64,000 bases of DNA. It comes from the human T2T-CHM13v2.0 reference genome, Homo sapiens. The notes under the pieces are model-generated. The model was not told the DNA's origin. It did not search any database and saw only the letters and a list, made by a program, of their open reading frames with translations. The DNA lies in NCBI RefSeq assembly GCF_009914755.1, contig NC_060948.1; one strand, written 5' to 3'. Both the position numbers and the translations under genes were made by a program. Positions 31,101 through 46,100 of the stretch are shown here, piece after piece. The first letter of the stretch is position 1, and every line of letters begins with the position of its first letter.

Positions 31101-34100
31101 TGGAATGGAATGGAAAGGAATGGAATCGAATGGAAAGGAATCGAATGGAAGGGAATTAAATTGAATCAACAGGAATGGAAGGGAGTAGAATAGACGGTAA
31201 TGGAATGGACTCGAATAGAATGGACACGAATGCTCAAATTGAATGGACTCGAATGGAATGGAAACGAAAGGAATGTCATCGAATGGAATTGAATCGATTG
31301 GAATGAAATCGCATAGAATGGAGTGGAATCAAATGGAATTGAATCGAAAGGAAAGGAAGCGAATGGACTGAAATGAAATGGAATGGAATGGAATGGAAAG
31401 TAATGCAATGGAATAGAATGGAACGAAATTTCACGGAATGGAATCAAACTGAATGGAATCAAATCAATGGAATATAATCAAATGGAATGGAAAGGAATTG
31501 AATGGAGTAGATTGGATTGGATGGGATTGGAATGAAATGTACTGGAAAGGACTCGAATTTCATGAAACGGAATGGAATGAATTGGAACGGAATGGACTCG
31601 AATGGAATGGAATGTCATGGAATGGCAACAAATGGAATGGCATCAAATGGAATGGAATCGAATGCAATGGAATGCTTTGGAATGGAATGGAATGCATTGG
31701 AATGGAATGTCCTCTAATGGAATGGATTCGAGTGGAATGGAATCGAATATAATGGAGTCGAATGAAATGGAATTGAAAGGAATGGGATCGAATACAATGG
31801 AATATACTGGAATGTAATGTAATGAACTCGAATGTAATTGACTGGAATGGAATGTACATGAATGCAATGTAATCGAATGCAAAGTAATCCAATGGAATAG
31901 AATCTAATGCAATAAAATCGACTCAAATAGAATAGAATGTAATGGAATGGAGTGCAGTGCAATGGAATGGAATGGAATGGAATGCAATGGAATGGAATGG
32001 AATGGAATGGAATGGAATGCAATGGGATGGAATGGTATGGAATGGACAGTAATGGACAGGAGTGAAATGGAGTGGAAAGGAATGGACTCAAATTGAAAGG
32101 GCTCGAAAGGAATGGAGTCAATTGGAATGGTCTGGAATGGAATGAACACGAATGTAATGCAATCCAGTAGAATGGAATCGAATGGCATGGAATATAAAGA
32201 AATGGAATCGAAGAGAATGGAAACAAATGGAATGGAATTGAATGGAATGGAATTGAATGGAATGGGAACGAATGGAGTGAAATTGTATGCAGTAGAAGAG
32301 AATAGAATGGAATGCAAGCGAAAGGAAAGGAATGGATTGGAATGGAATGGAATTCATTGGAATGGAAGGGAGTGTAGTGTAATGGACAGGCCTGGAATAA
32401 AGGGGAATGCTACGGTCTCGAATGGAATAAAAATGTATGGAATGGAATGCAATAAAACGGAATCGAATGTCATAGAATGTAATGGAAGGCAAACAAATGG
32501 ACTCCAAAATCATTGACTGTAAAGACTGGGTGTCGAAAGGAATTGACTCCAATGGAATGGAATCGAATGGAATGGAAGTGAATAGAATCGAACTAAATCG
32601 AATGGAATGGAATTGATAGGAACGGAATGGAAAGGAATGCAATGATTTGGCATGGAATGGAATCGAATGGCATCGAATGGAATGGAATGGAATGCAATGG
32701 AATGGAATGTATTAGAATGTAATGAACTTTAATGGAATGTACTCGAATGGATTCGACTGGAATGGAATGTTCTCGAAGTGAATGGACTCCAATGGAATGG
32801 ATTCGAAAGGAATGGAATCTAATGGAATGGAATTAAATGGAAATGAATCAAATTGAATAGAACGGAATTGAATTGAATGGAATTGAATGCAATGGAATCT
32901 AATGAAACGGAAAGGAAAGGAATGGAATGGAATGGAATGGAATGGGCTGGAATGGAATGGAATCGAAACGAATGGAATGGAATCGAACTGAAGAGACTGT
33001 AATGGAATGCACTGGAATGGAAGGGAGTGTAATGGAAGGTTCTCGAAAAAAATGGAATCGAAAGGAATGGAATTGAATGGAACGGAATAGAGTCGAATGG
33101 AATTGAATGGAATGGAATGGACTAGAGTGAAATGGAATCGAACCACAAGGAATGGACAGGAATAGAATGGTCTCGAATTGAATGGAATCGTATGGAATGG
33201 CATCAAACGGAATGGAATGGACAGTCACGGAATGGAATGCACTCGAATGCAATGGAGTCGAAACTAATGGACTGGAATAGAATGGACTCGACTGGTACGG
33301 ACTCCAATGGAATGGAATCGAATGGAAGGGAATCGAACGGAATGGACTCGAAGGGAAAAGACTGCAATGGAAAGGTCTCGAATGGAATGGAAATTAATGG
33401 AATGGAATGGAATCGAATGAAATGGAGTCAAAAGGAATGGAATCGAATGGCAAGAAATCGAATGTAATGGAATCGCAAGGAATTGATGTGAACGGAACGG
33501 AATGGAATGGAATCCAAAGGAATGGAATAGAATGGAATGGAATCGAATGGAAAGGACTCGAATGGAAATCACTCGAATAGAATGCAATTTAATAAAATAG
33601 GATCAAATGTAATGGAATGGAATGGAAAGGAATCGAAACGAAAGGAATGGAGACAGATGGAATGGAATGGAACAGAGAGCAATGGTATAGAATGGAATGG
33701 AATCATCTGGAATGGAATTGAATGGAATGGAATAACATGAAATGGAATGGAATGGAATGGAATGCCCTTGAATTAAACGGACTGGAATGGAATGGATTCG
33801 TACAGAGTGGAATGGAATGTGTTGAAATAGAATGGAATGGACTCCTTTGGAATGGTCTAGCATGCAATGCAATCGACTGGCAGGGAATCAAAAGGAATGT
33901 AATCGAATGGATTGGACTGGAATGCAATGGACTCGAATAGATTGGAAACGGAATGCAAAGGAATGGAATGGAATAGTATGGAAAGGAATGGAGTGGAATA
34001 GACTAGAGTGTAATGGAATGGACACGAAAGCAATGGACTGGAATGGAAGTTTCTTGAATGGACTGGAATCAAACGGAATGGAATGCAATGCAATCAAATG

Positions 34101-37100
34101 TCATGGAATAAAATAGAATGAAAGAGAATCAAACGGAATTAAATCGAATGGAATCGAATGGATTGGAAAGGAATAGAATGGAATGGAATGGAATTGACTC
34201 AAATGGAATGGACTAGAATGGAATGGATTCGAATGGAAGGCAAAGGAATGGAATCTATTGGAATGGACTGTAATGGAATGGAATGGAAGGGATTGAAATG
34301 GACTCGAATGGAATGGACTGCAATAGAAAGGATTCGAATGGAATGAAAAAGAATTGAATGGAATAGAACAGAATGGAATCAAATCGAATGAAATGGAATG
34401 GAATAGAAAGGAATGGAATGAAATGGAATGGAAAGGATTCGAATGGAATGCAATCGAATGGAATGGAATCGAACGGAATGGAATAAAATGGAAGAAAACT
34501 GGCAAGAAATGGAATCGAAATGAATGGAGTGTTATGGAACGGACTCAAAAGGAATTGAATGTAATAGAATGGAGTGGAGTGGACTCGAATATAATGGACT
34601 GGAATGGAATGAAATCACATGGAATGGGAACGAATGGAATGGAATGGAAAGGAATGGAATCGAATGGAAAGGAATCGAATGGAAGGGAATGAAATTGAAT
34701 CAACAGGAATGGAAGGGAATAGAATAGACGGTAATGGAATGGACTGGAATAGAATGGACACGAATGCTCAAAATGAATGGACTCGAATGGAATGGAAACG
34801 AAAGGAATGTCATCGAATGGAATTGAATCGATTGGAATGAAATCGCATAGAATGGAGTGGAATCAAATGGAATTGAATCGAAAGGAAAGGAAGCGAATGG
34901 ACTGAAATGAAATGGAATGGAATTGAATGGAATGTAATGCAATGGAATAGAATGGAACGAAATTTCACGGAATGGAATCAAACTGAATGGAATCAAATCA
35001 ATGGAATATAATCAAATGGAATGGAAAGGAATTGAATGGAGTAGATTGGATTGGATGGGATTGGAATGAAATTTACTGGAAAGGACTCGAATTTCATGAA
35101 ACGGAATGGAATGAATTGGAACGGAATGGACTCGAATGGAATGGAATGTCATGGAATGGCATCAAACGGAATGGCATCAAATGGGATGGAATCGAATGCA
35201 ATGGAATGCTATGGAATGGAATGGAATGCATTGGAATGGAATGTCCTCTAATGGAATGGATTCGGGTGGAATGGAATCGAATATAATGGAGTCGAATGAA
35301 ATGGAATTGAAAGGAATGGGATCGAATTCAATGGAATATACTGGAATGTAACGCAATGAACTCGAATGTAATTGACTGGAATGGAATGTACATGAATGGA
35401 ATGTAACCGAATGGAAAGTAATCCAATGGAATAGAATCTAATGCAATAAAATCGACTGTAATATAATAGAATGTAATGGAATGGAGTGCAGTGTAATGGA
35501 ATGGAATGGAATGGAATGCAATGGAATGGAATGGAATGGAATGGAATGCAATGGGATGGAATGGCATGGAATGGATAGTAATGGACTGGAGTGAGATGGA
35601 CTGGAAAGGAATGGACTCAAATTGAAAGGGCTCGAAAGGAATGGAGTCAAATGGAATGGTCTGGAATGGAATGAACACGAATGTAATGCAATCCAATAGA
35701 ATGGAATCGAATGGCATGGAATATAAAGAAATGGAATCGAAGAGAATGGAAACAAATGGAATGGAATTGAATGGAATGGAATTGAATGGAATGGGAACGA
35801 ATGGAGTGAAATTGTATGCAGTAGAAGAGAATAGAATGGAATGCAAGCGAAAGGAAAGGAATGGATTGGAATGGAATGGAATTCATTGGAATGGAAGGGA
35901 ATGTAGTGTAATGGACAGGCCTGGAATAAAGTGGAATGCTACGGTCTCGAATGGAATAAAAATGTATGGAATGGAATGCAATGAAACGGAATCGAATGTC
36001 ATAGAATGTAATGGAATGCAAAAAAATGGACTCCAAAATCATTGACTGGAAAGGCTGGGTGTCGAAAGGAATTGACTCCAATGGAATGGAATCGAATGGA
36101 ATGGAAGTGAATAGAATCGAACTAAATCGAATGGAATGGAATTGATAGGAACGGAATTTAAAGGAATGCAATGATTTGGCATGGAATGGAATCGAATGGC
36201 ATCGAATGGAATGGAATGGAATGCAATGGAATGGAATGTATTAGAACGTAATGAACTTTAATGGAGTGTACTCGAATGGATTCGACTGGAATGGAATGTT
36301 CTGGAAGTGAATGGACTCCAATGGAATGGATTCGAAAGGAATGGAATCGTACGGAATGGTATCCAATGGAATGGAATTAAATGGAAATGAATCAAATTGA
36401 ATAGCACGGAATTGAATGGAATCGAATGCAATGGAATCTAATGAAACGGAAAGGAAAGGAATGGAATGGAATGGAATGGGCTGGAATGGAATGGAATCGA
36501 AACGAATGGAATGGAATCGAACTGAAGAGACTGGAATGGAATGCACTGGAATGGAAGGGAGTGTAATGGAAGGTTCTCGAAAAAAATGGAATCGAATGGT
36601 ATGGAATTGAATGGAACGGAATAGAGTCGAATGGAATTGAATGGAATGGAATGGACTAGAGTGAAATGGAATCGAACCACAAGGAATGGACAGGAATAGA
36701 ATGGTCTCGAATTGAATGGAATCGTATGGAATGGCATCAAACGGAATGGAATGGACAGCCACGGAATGGAATGCACTCGAATGCAATGGAGTCGAAACTA
36801 ATGGACTGGAATAGAATGGACTCGACTGGTACGGACTCCAATGGAATGGAATCGAATGCATGGGAATCGAACGGAATGGACTCGAAGGGAAAAGACTGCA
36901 ATGGAAAGGTCTGGAATGGAATGGAAATTAATGTAATGGAATGGAATCGAAGGAAATGGAGTCAAAAGGAATGGAATCGAATGGCAAGAAATCGAATGTA
37001 ATGGAATCGCAAGGAATTGATGTGAACGGAACGGAATGGAATGGAATCCAAAGGAATGGAATAGAATGGAATGGAATCGAATGGAAAGGACTCGAATGGA

Positions 37101-40100
37101 AATCACTCGAATAGAATGCAATTTAATAAAATAGGATCAAATGTAATAGAATGGAATGGAAAGGAATCGAAACGAAAGGAATGGAGACAGATGGAATGGA
37201 ATGGAACAGAGAGCAATGGTATAGAATGGAATGGAATCATCTGGAATGGAATTGAATGGAATGGAATAACATGAAATGGAATGGAATGGAATGGAATGCC
37301 CTTGAATTAAATGGACTGGAATGGAATGGACTCGAACAGAGTGGAATGGAAAGTGTTGAAATAGAATGGAATGGACTCCTTTGGAATGGTCTAGTACGCA
37401 ATGCAGTAGACTGGCAGGGAATCAAAAGGAATGTAATCGAATGCATTGGACTGGAATGCAATGGACTCGAATAGATTGGAAACGGAATGCAAAGGAATGG
37501 AATGGAATAGTATGGAATGGAATGGAAAGGAATGGAGTGGAATAGACTAGAGTGGAATGGAATGGACTCAAAAGCAATGGACTGGAATGGAACTTTCTTG
37601 AATGGACTGGAATCAAACGGAATGGAATGCAATGCAATCAAATGGCATGGAATAAAATAGAATGAAAGAGAATCAAACGGAATTGAATCGAATGGAATCG
37701 AATGGATTGGAAAGGAATAGAATGGAATGGAATGGAATTGACTCAAATGGAATGGACTAGAATGGAATGGATTCGAATGGAAGGCAAAGGAATGGAATCT
37801 ATTGGAATGGACTGTAATGGAATGGAATGGAAGGGATTGGAATGGACTCGAATGGAATGGACTGCAATAGAAAGGATTCGAATGGAATGAAAAAGAATTG
37901 AATGGAATAGAACAGAATGGAATCAAATCGAATGAAATGGAATGGAATAGAAAGGAATGGAATGAAATGGAATGGAAAGGATTCGAATGGAATGCAATCG
38001 AATGGAATGGAATCGAACGGAATGGAATAAAATGGAAGAAAACTGGCAAGAAATGGAATCGAAATGAATGGAGTGTTATGGAACAGACTCAAAAGGAATT
38101 GAATGTAATAGAATGGAGTGGAGTGGACTCGAATATAATGGACTGGAATGGAATGAAATCACATGGAATGGGAACGAATGGAATGGAATGGAAAGGAATG
38201 GAATCGAATGGAAAGGAATCGAATGGAAGGGAATGAAATTGAATCAACAGGAATGGAAGGGAATAGAATAGACGGTAATGGAATGGACTCGAATAGAATG
38301 GACACGAATGCTCAAATTGAATGGACTCGAATGGAATGGAAACGAAAGGAATGTCATCGAATGGAATTGAATCGATTGGAATGAAATCGCATAGAATGGA
38401 GTGGAATCAAATGGAATTGAATCGAAAGGAAAGGAAGCGAATGGACTGAAATGAAATGGAATGGAATTGAATGGAAAGTAATGCAATGGAATAGAATGGA
38501 ACGAAATTTCACGGAATGGAATCAAACTGAATGGAATCAAATCAATGGAATCTAATCAAATGGAATGGAAAGGAATTGAATGGAGTAGATTGGATTGGAT
38601 GGGATTGGAATGAAATGTACTGGAAAGGACTCGAATTTCATGAAACGGAATGGAATGAATTGGAACGGAACGGACTCGAATGGAATGGAATGTCATGGAA
38701 TGGCATCAAATGGAATGGCATCAAATGGAATGGAATCGAATGCAATGGAATGCTATGGAATGGAATGGAATGCATTGGAATGGAATGTCCTCAAATGGAA
38801 TGGATTCGAGTGGAATGGAATCGAATATAATGGAGTCGAATGAAATGGAATTGAAAGGAATGGGATCGAATAGAATGGAATATACTGAAATGTAATGTAA
38901 TGAACTCGAATGTAATTGACTGGAATGGAATGTACATGAATGGAATGTAATCGAATGGAAAGTAATCCAATGGAATAGAATCTAATGCAATAAAACCGAC
39001 TCAGATAGAGTAGAATGTAGTGGAATGGAGTGCAGTGCAATGGAATGGAATGGAATTGAATGCAATGGAATGGAATGGAATGGAATGGAATGGAATGGAA
39101 TGGGATGGAATGGTATGGAATGGATAGTAATGGACTGGAGTGAAATGGACTGGAAAGGAATGGACTCAAATTGAAAGGGCTCGAAAGGAATGGAGTCAAA
39201 TGGAATGGTCTGGAATGGAATGAACACGAATGTAATGCAATCCAATAGAATGGAATCGAATGGCATGGAATATAAAGAAATGGAATCGAAGAGAATGGAA
39301 ACAAATGGAATGGAATTGAATGGAATGGAATTGAATGGAATGGGAAGGAATGGAGTGAAATTGTATGCAGTAGAAGAGAATAGAATGGAATGCAAGCGAA
39401 AGGAAAGGAATGGATTGGAATGGAATGGAATTCATTGGAATGGAAGGGAATGTAGTGTAATGGACAGGCCTGGAATAAAGTGGAATGCTACGGTCTCGAA
39501 TGGAATAAAAATGTATGGAATGGAATGCAATGAAACGGAATCGAATGTCATAGAATGTAATGGAATGCAAAAAAATGGACTCCAAAATCATTGACTTTAA
39601 AGGCTGGGTGTCGAAAGGAATTGACTCCAATGGAATGGAATCGAATGGAATGGAAGTGAATAGAATCGAACTAAATCGAATGGAATGGAATTGATAGGAA
39701 CTGAATGGAAAGGAATGCAATGATTTGGCATGGAATGGAATCGAATGGCATCGAATGGAATGGAATGGAATGCAATGGAATGGAATGTATTAGAATGAAA
39801 TGAACATTAATGGAAAGTACTCGAATGGATTCGACTGGAATGGAAAGTTCTGGAAGTGAATGGACTCCAATGGAATGGATTCGAAAGGAATGGAATCGAA
39901 CGGAATGGAATCTAATGGAATGGAATTAAATGGAAATGAATCAAATTGAATAGCACGGAATTGAATTGAATGGAATGGAATGCAATGGAATCTAATGAAA
40001 CGGAAAGGAAAGGAATGGAATGGAATGGAATGGGCTGGAATGGAATGGAATCGAAACGAATGGAATGGAATCGAACTGAAGAGACTGGAATGGAATGCAC

Positions 40101-43100
40101 TGGAATGGAAGGGAGTGTAATGGAAGGTTCTCGAAAAAAATGGAATCGAATGGAATGGAATTGAATGGAACGGAATAGAGTCGAATGGAATTGAATGGAA
40201 TGGAATGGACTAGAGTGAAATGGAATCGAACCACAAGGAATGGACAGGAATAGAATGGTCACGAATTGAATGGAATCGTATGGAATGGCATCAAACGGAA
40301 TGGAATGGACAGCCACGGAATGGAATGCACTCGAATGCAATGGAGTCGAAACTAATGGACTGGAATAGAATGGACTCGACTGGTACGGACTCCAATGGAA
40401 TGGAATCGAATGCAAGGGAATCGAACGGAATGGACTCGAAGGGAAAATACTACAATGGAAAGGTCTCGAATGGAATGGAAATTAATGGAATGGAATGGAA
40501 TCGAATGAAATGGAGTCAAAAGGAATGGAATCGAATGGCAAGAAATCGAATGTAATGGAATCGCAAGGAATTGATGTGAACGGAACGGAATGGAATGGAA
40601 TCCAAAGGAATGGAATAGAATGGAATGAAATCGAATGGAAAGGACTCGAATGGAAATCACTCGAATAGAATGCAATTTAATAAAATAGGATCAAATGTAA
40701 TGGAATGGAATGGAAAGGAATCGAAACGAAAGGAATGTAGACAGATGGAATGGAATGGAACAGAGAGAAATGGTATAGAATGGAATGGAATCATCTGGAA
40801 TGGAATTGAATGGAATGGAATAACATGAAATGGATTGGAATGGAATCGAATGCCCTTGAATTAAATGGACTGGAATGGAATGGACTCGAACAGAGTGGAA
40901 TGGAAAGTGTTGAAATAGAATGGAATGGACTCCTTTGGAATGGTGTAGTATGCAATGCAATCGACTGGCAGGGAATCAAAAGGAATGTAATCGAATGGAT
41001 TGGACTGGAATGCAATGGACTCGAATAGATTGGAAATGGAATGCAAAGGAATGGAATGGAATAGTATGGAATGGAATGGAAAGGAATGGAGTGGAATAGA
41101 CTAGAGTGGAATGGAATGGACTCAAAAGCAATGGACTGGAATGGAACTTTCTTGAATGGACTGGAATCAAACGGAATGGAATGCAATGCAATCAAATGGC
41201 ATGGAATAAAATAGAATGAAAGAGAATCAAACGGAATTGAATCGAATGGAATCGAATGGATTGGAAAGGAATAGAATGGAATGGAATGTAATTGACTCAA
41301 ATGGAATGGACTAGAATGGAATGGATTCGAATGGAAGGCAAAGGAATGGAATCTATTGGAATGGACTGTAATGGAATGGAATGGAAGGGATTGGAATGGA
41401 CTCGAATGGAATGGACTGCAATAGAAAGGATTCGAATGGAATGAAAAAGAATTGAATGGAATAGAACAGAATGGAATCAAATCGAATGAAATGGAATGGA
41501 ATAGAAAGGAATGGAATGAAATGGAATGGAAAGGATTCGAATGGAATGTAATCGAATGGAATGGAATCGAACGGAATGGAATAAAATGGAAGAAAACTGG
41601 CAAGAAATGGAATCGAAATGAATGGAGTGTTATGGAACGGACTCAAAAGGAATTGAATGTAATAGAATGGAGTGGAGTGGACTCGAATATAATGGACTGG
41701 AATGGAATGAAATCACATGGAATGGGAACGAATGGAATGGAATGGAAAGGAATGGAATCGAATGGAAAGGAATCGAATGGAAGGGAATGAAATTGAATCA
41801 ACAGGAATGGAAGGGAATAGAATAGACGGTAATGGAATGGACTCGAATAGAATGGGCACGAATGTTCAAATTGAATGGACTCGAATGGAATGGAAACGAA
41901 AGGAATGTCATCGAATGGAATTGAATCGATTGGAATGAAATCGCAAAGAATGGAGTGGAATCAAATGGAATTGAATCGAAAGGAAAGGAAGCGAATGGAC
42001 TGAAATAAAATGGAATGGAATTGAATGGAAAGTAATGCAATGGAATAGAATGGAACGAAATTTCACGGAATGGAATCAAACAGAATGGAATCAAATCAAT
42101 GGAATATAATCAAATGGAATGGAAAGGAATTGAATGGAGTAGATTGGATTGGATGGGATTGGAATGAAATGTACTGGAAAGAACTCGAATTTCATGAAAC
42201 GGAATGGAATGAATTGGAACGGAATGGACTCGAATGGAATGGAATGTCATGGAATGGCATCAAATGGAATGGCATCAAATGGAATGGAATCGAATGCAAT
42301 GGAATGCTATGGAATGGAATGGAATGCATTGGAATGGAATGTCCTCTAATGGAATGGATTCGAGTGGAATGGAATCGAATATGATGGAGTCGAAAGAAAT
42401 GGAATTGAAAGGAATTGGACTGAATACAATGGTATATACTGGAATGTAATGTAATGAACTCGAATGTAATTGACTGGAATGGAATGTACATGAATGGAAT
42501 GTAATCGAATGGAAAGTAATCCAATGGAATAGAATCTAATGCAATAAAATCGACCCAATAGATTAGAATGTAATGGAATGGAGTGCAGTACAATGGAATG
42601 GAATGGAATGGAATGCAATGGAATGGAATGGAATGGGATAGAATGGGATGGAATGGATAGTAATGGACTGGAGTGAAATGGACTGGAAAAGAATGGACTC
42701 AAATTGAAAGGGCTCGAAAGGAATGGAGTCAAATGGAATGGTCTGGAATGGAATGAACACGAATGTAATGCAATCCAATAGAATGGAATCGAAAGGCATG
42801 GAATATAAAGAAATGGAATCGAAGAGAATGGAAACAAATGGAATGGAATTGAATGGAATGGAATTGAATGGAATGGGAACGAATGGAATGAAATTGTATG
42901 CAGTAGAAGAGATTAGAATGCAATGCAAGCGAAAGGAAAGGAATGGATTGGAATGGAATGGAATTCATTGGAATTGAAGGGAATGTAGTGTAATGGACAG
43001 GCCTGGAATAAAGTGGAATGCTACGGTCTCGAATGGAATAAAAATGTATGGAATGGAATGCAATGAAACGGAATCGAATGTCATAGAATGTAATGGAATG

Positions 43101-46100
43101 CAACAAAATGGAATCCAAAATCATTGACTGGAAAGGCTGGGTGTCGAAAGTAATTGACTCCAATGGAATGGAATCGAATGGAATGGAAGTGAATAGAATC
43201 GAACTAAATCGAATGGAATGGAATTGATAGGAATGGAATGGAAAGGAATGCAATGATTTGGCATGGAATGGAATCGAATGGCATCGAATGGAATGGAATG
43301 GAATGCAATGGAATGGAATGTATTAGAATGTAATGAACTTTAATGGAATGTACTCGAATGGATTCGACTGGAATAGAATGTTCTGGAAATGAATGGACTC
43401 CAATGGAATGGATTCGAAAGGAATGGAATCTAGTGGAATGGAATTAAATGGAAATGAATCAAATTGAATAGAACGGAATTGAATTTAATGGAATCGAATG
43501 CAGTGGAATCTAATGAAACAGAAAGGAAAGGAATGGAATGGAATGGAATGGAATGGGCTGGAATGGAATGGAATCGAAACGAATGGAATGGAATCGAACT
43601 GAAGAGACTGGAATGGAATGCACTGGAATGGAAGGGAGTGTAATGGAAGGTTCTCGAAAAAAATGGAATCGAAAGGAATGGAATTGAATGGAACGGAATA
43701 GAGTCGAATGGAATTCAATGGAATGGAATGGACTAGAGTGAAATGGAATCGAACCACAAGGAATGGACAGGAATAGAATGTTCTCGAATTGAATGGAATC
43801 GTATGGAATGGCATCAAACGGAATGGAATGGACAGCCACGGAATGGAATGCACTCGAATGCAATGGAGTCGAAACTAATGAACTGGAATAGAATGGACTC
43901 GACTGGTACGGACTCCAATGGAATGGAATCGAATGGAAGGGAATCGAACGGAATGGACTCGAAGGGAAAAGACTGCAATGGAAAGGTCTCGAATGGGATG
44001 GAAATTAATGGAATGGAATGGAATCGAATGAAATGGAGTCAAAAGGAATGGAATCGAATGGCAAGAAATCGAATGTAATGGAATCGCAAGGAATTGATGT
44101 GAACGGAAAGGAATGGAATGGAATCCAAAGGAATGGAATAGAATGGAATGGAATCGAATGGAAAGGACTCGAATGGAAATCACTCGAATAGAATGCAATT
44201 TAATAAAATAGGATCAAATGTAATGGAATGGAATGGAAAGGAATCGAAACGAAAGGAATGGAGACAGATGGAATGGAATGGAACAGAGAGCAATGGTATA
44301 GAATGGAATGGAATCATCTGGAATGGAATTGAATGGAATAGAATAATATGAAATGGAATGGAAAGGAATGGAATGCCCTTGAATTAAATGGACTGGAATG
44401 GAATGGACTCGAACAGAGTGGAATGGAAAGTGTTGAAATAGAATGGAATGGACTCGTTTGGAATGGTCTAGTATGCAATGCAATCGACTGGCAGGGAATC
44501 AAAAGGAATGTAATCGAATGGATTGGACTGGAATGCAATGGACTCGAATAGATTGGAAACGGAAAGCAAAGGAATGGAATGGAATAGTATGGAATGGAAT
44601 GCAAAGGAATGGAGTGGAATAGACTAGAGTGGAATGGAATGGACTCGAAAGCAATGGACTGGAATGGAACTTTCTTGAATGGACTGGAATCAAACGGAAT
44701 GGAATGCAATGCAATCAAATGGCATGGAATAAAATAGAATGAAAGAGAATCAAATGGAATTGAATCGAATGGAATCGAATGGATTGGAAAGGAATAGAAT
44801 GGAATGGAATGGAATTGACTCAAATGGAATGGACTAGAATGGAATGGATTCGAATGGAAGGCAAAGGAATGGAATCTATTGGAATGGACTGTAATGGAAT
44901 GGAATGGAAGGGATTGGAATGGACTCGAATGGAATGGACTGCAATAGAAAGGATTCGAATGGAATGAAAAAGAATTGAATGGAATAGAACAGAATGGAAT
45001 CAAATCGAATGAAATGGAATGGAGTAGAAAGGAATGGAATGAAATGGAATGGAAAGGATTCGAATGGAATGCAATCGAATGGAATGGAATCGAACGGAAT
45101 GGAATAAAATGGAAGAAAACTGGCAAGAAATGGAATCGAAATGAATGGAGTGTTATGGAACGGACTCAAAAGGAATTGAATGTAATAGAATGGAGTGGAG
45201 TGGACTCGAATATAATGGACTGGAATGGAATGAAATCACATGGAATGGGAACGAATGGAATGGAATGGAAAGGAATGGAATCGAATGGAAAGGAATCGAA
45301 TGGAAGGGAATGCAATTGAATCAACAGGAATGGAAGGGAATAGAATAGACGGTAATGGAATGGACTTGAATAGAATGGACACGAATGCTCAAATTGAATG
45401 GACTCGAATGGAATGGAAACGAAAGGAATGTCATCGAATGGAATTGAATCGATTGGAATGAAATCGCATAGAATGGAGTGGAATCAAATGGAATTGAATC
45501 GAAAGGAAAGGAAGCCAATGGACTGAAATGAAATGGAATGGAATTGAATGGAAAGTAATGCAATGGAATAGAATGGAACGAAATTTCACCGAATGGAATG
45601 AAACTGAATGGAATCAAATCAATGGAATCTAATCAAGTGGAATGGAAAGGAATTGAATGGAGTAGATTGGATTGGATGGGATTGGAATGAAATGTACTGG
45701 AAAGGACTCGAGTTTCATGAAACGGAATGGAATGAATTGGAACGGAATGGACTCGAATGGAATGGAATGTCATGGAATGGCATCAAATGGAATGGCATCA
45801 AATGGAATGGAATCGAATGCAATGGAATGCTATGGAATGGAATGGAATGCATTGGAATGGAATGTCCTCTAATGGAATGGATTCGACTGGAATGGAATCG
45901 AATATAATGGAGTCGAATGAAATGGAATTGAAAGGAATGGGATCGAATACAATGGAATATACTGGAATGTAATGTAATGAACTCGAATGTAATTGACTGG
46001 AATGGAATGTACATGAATGGAATGTAATCGAATGGAAAGTAATCCAATGGAATAGAATCTAATGCAATAAAATCGACTCAGATAGAGTAGAATGTAATGG

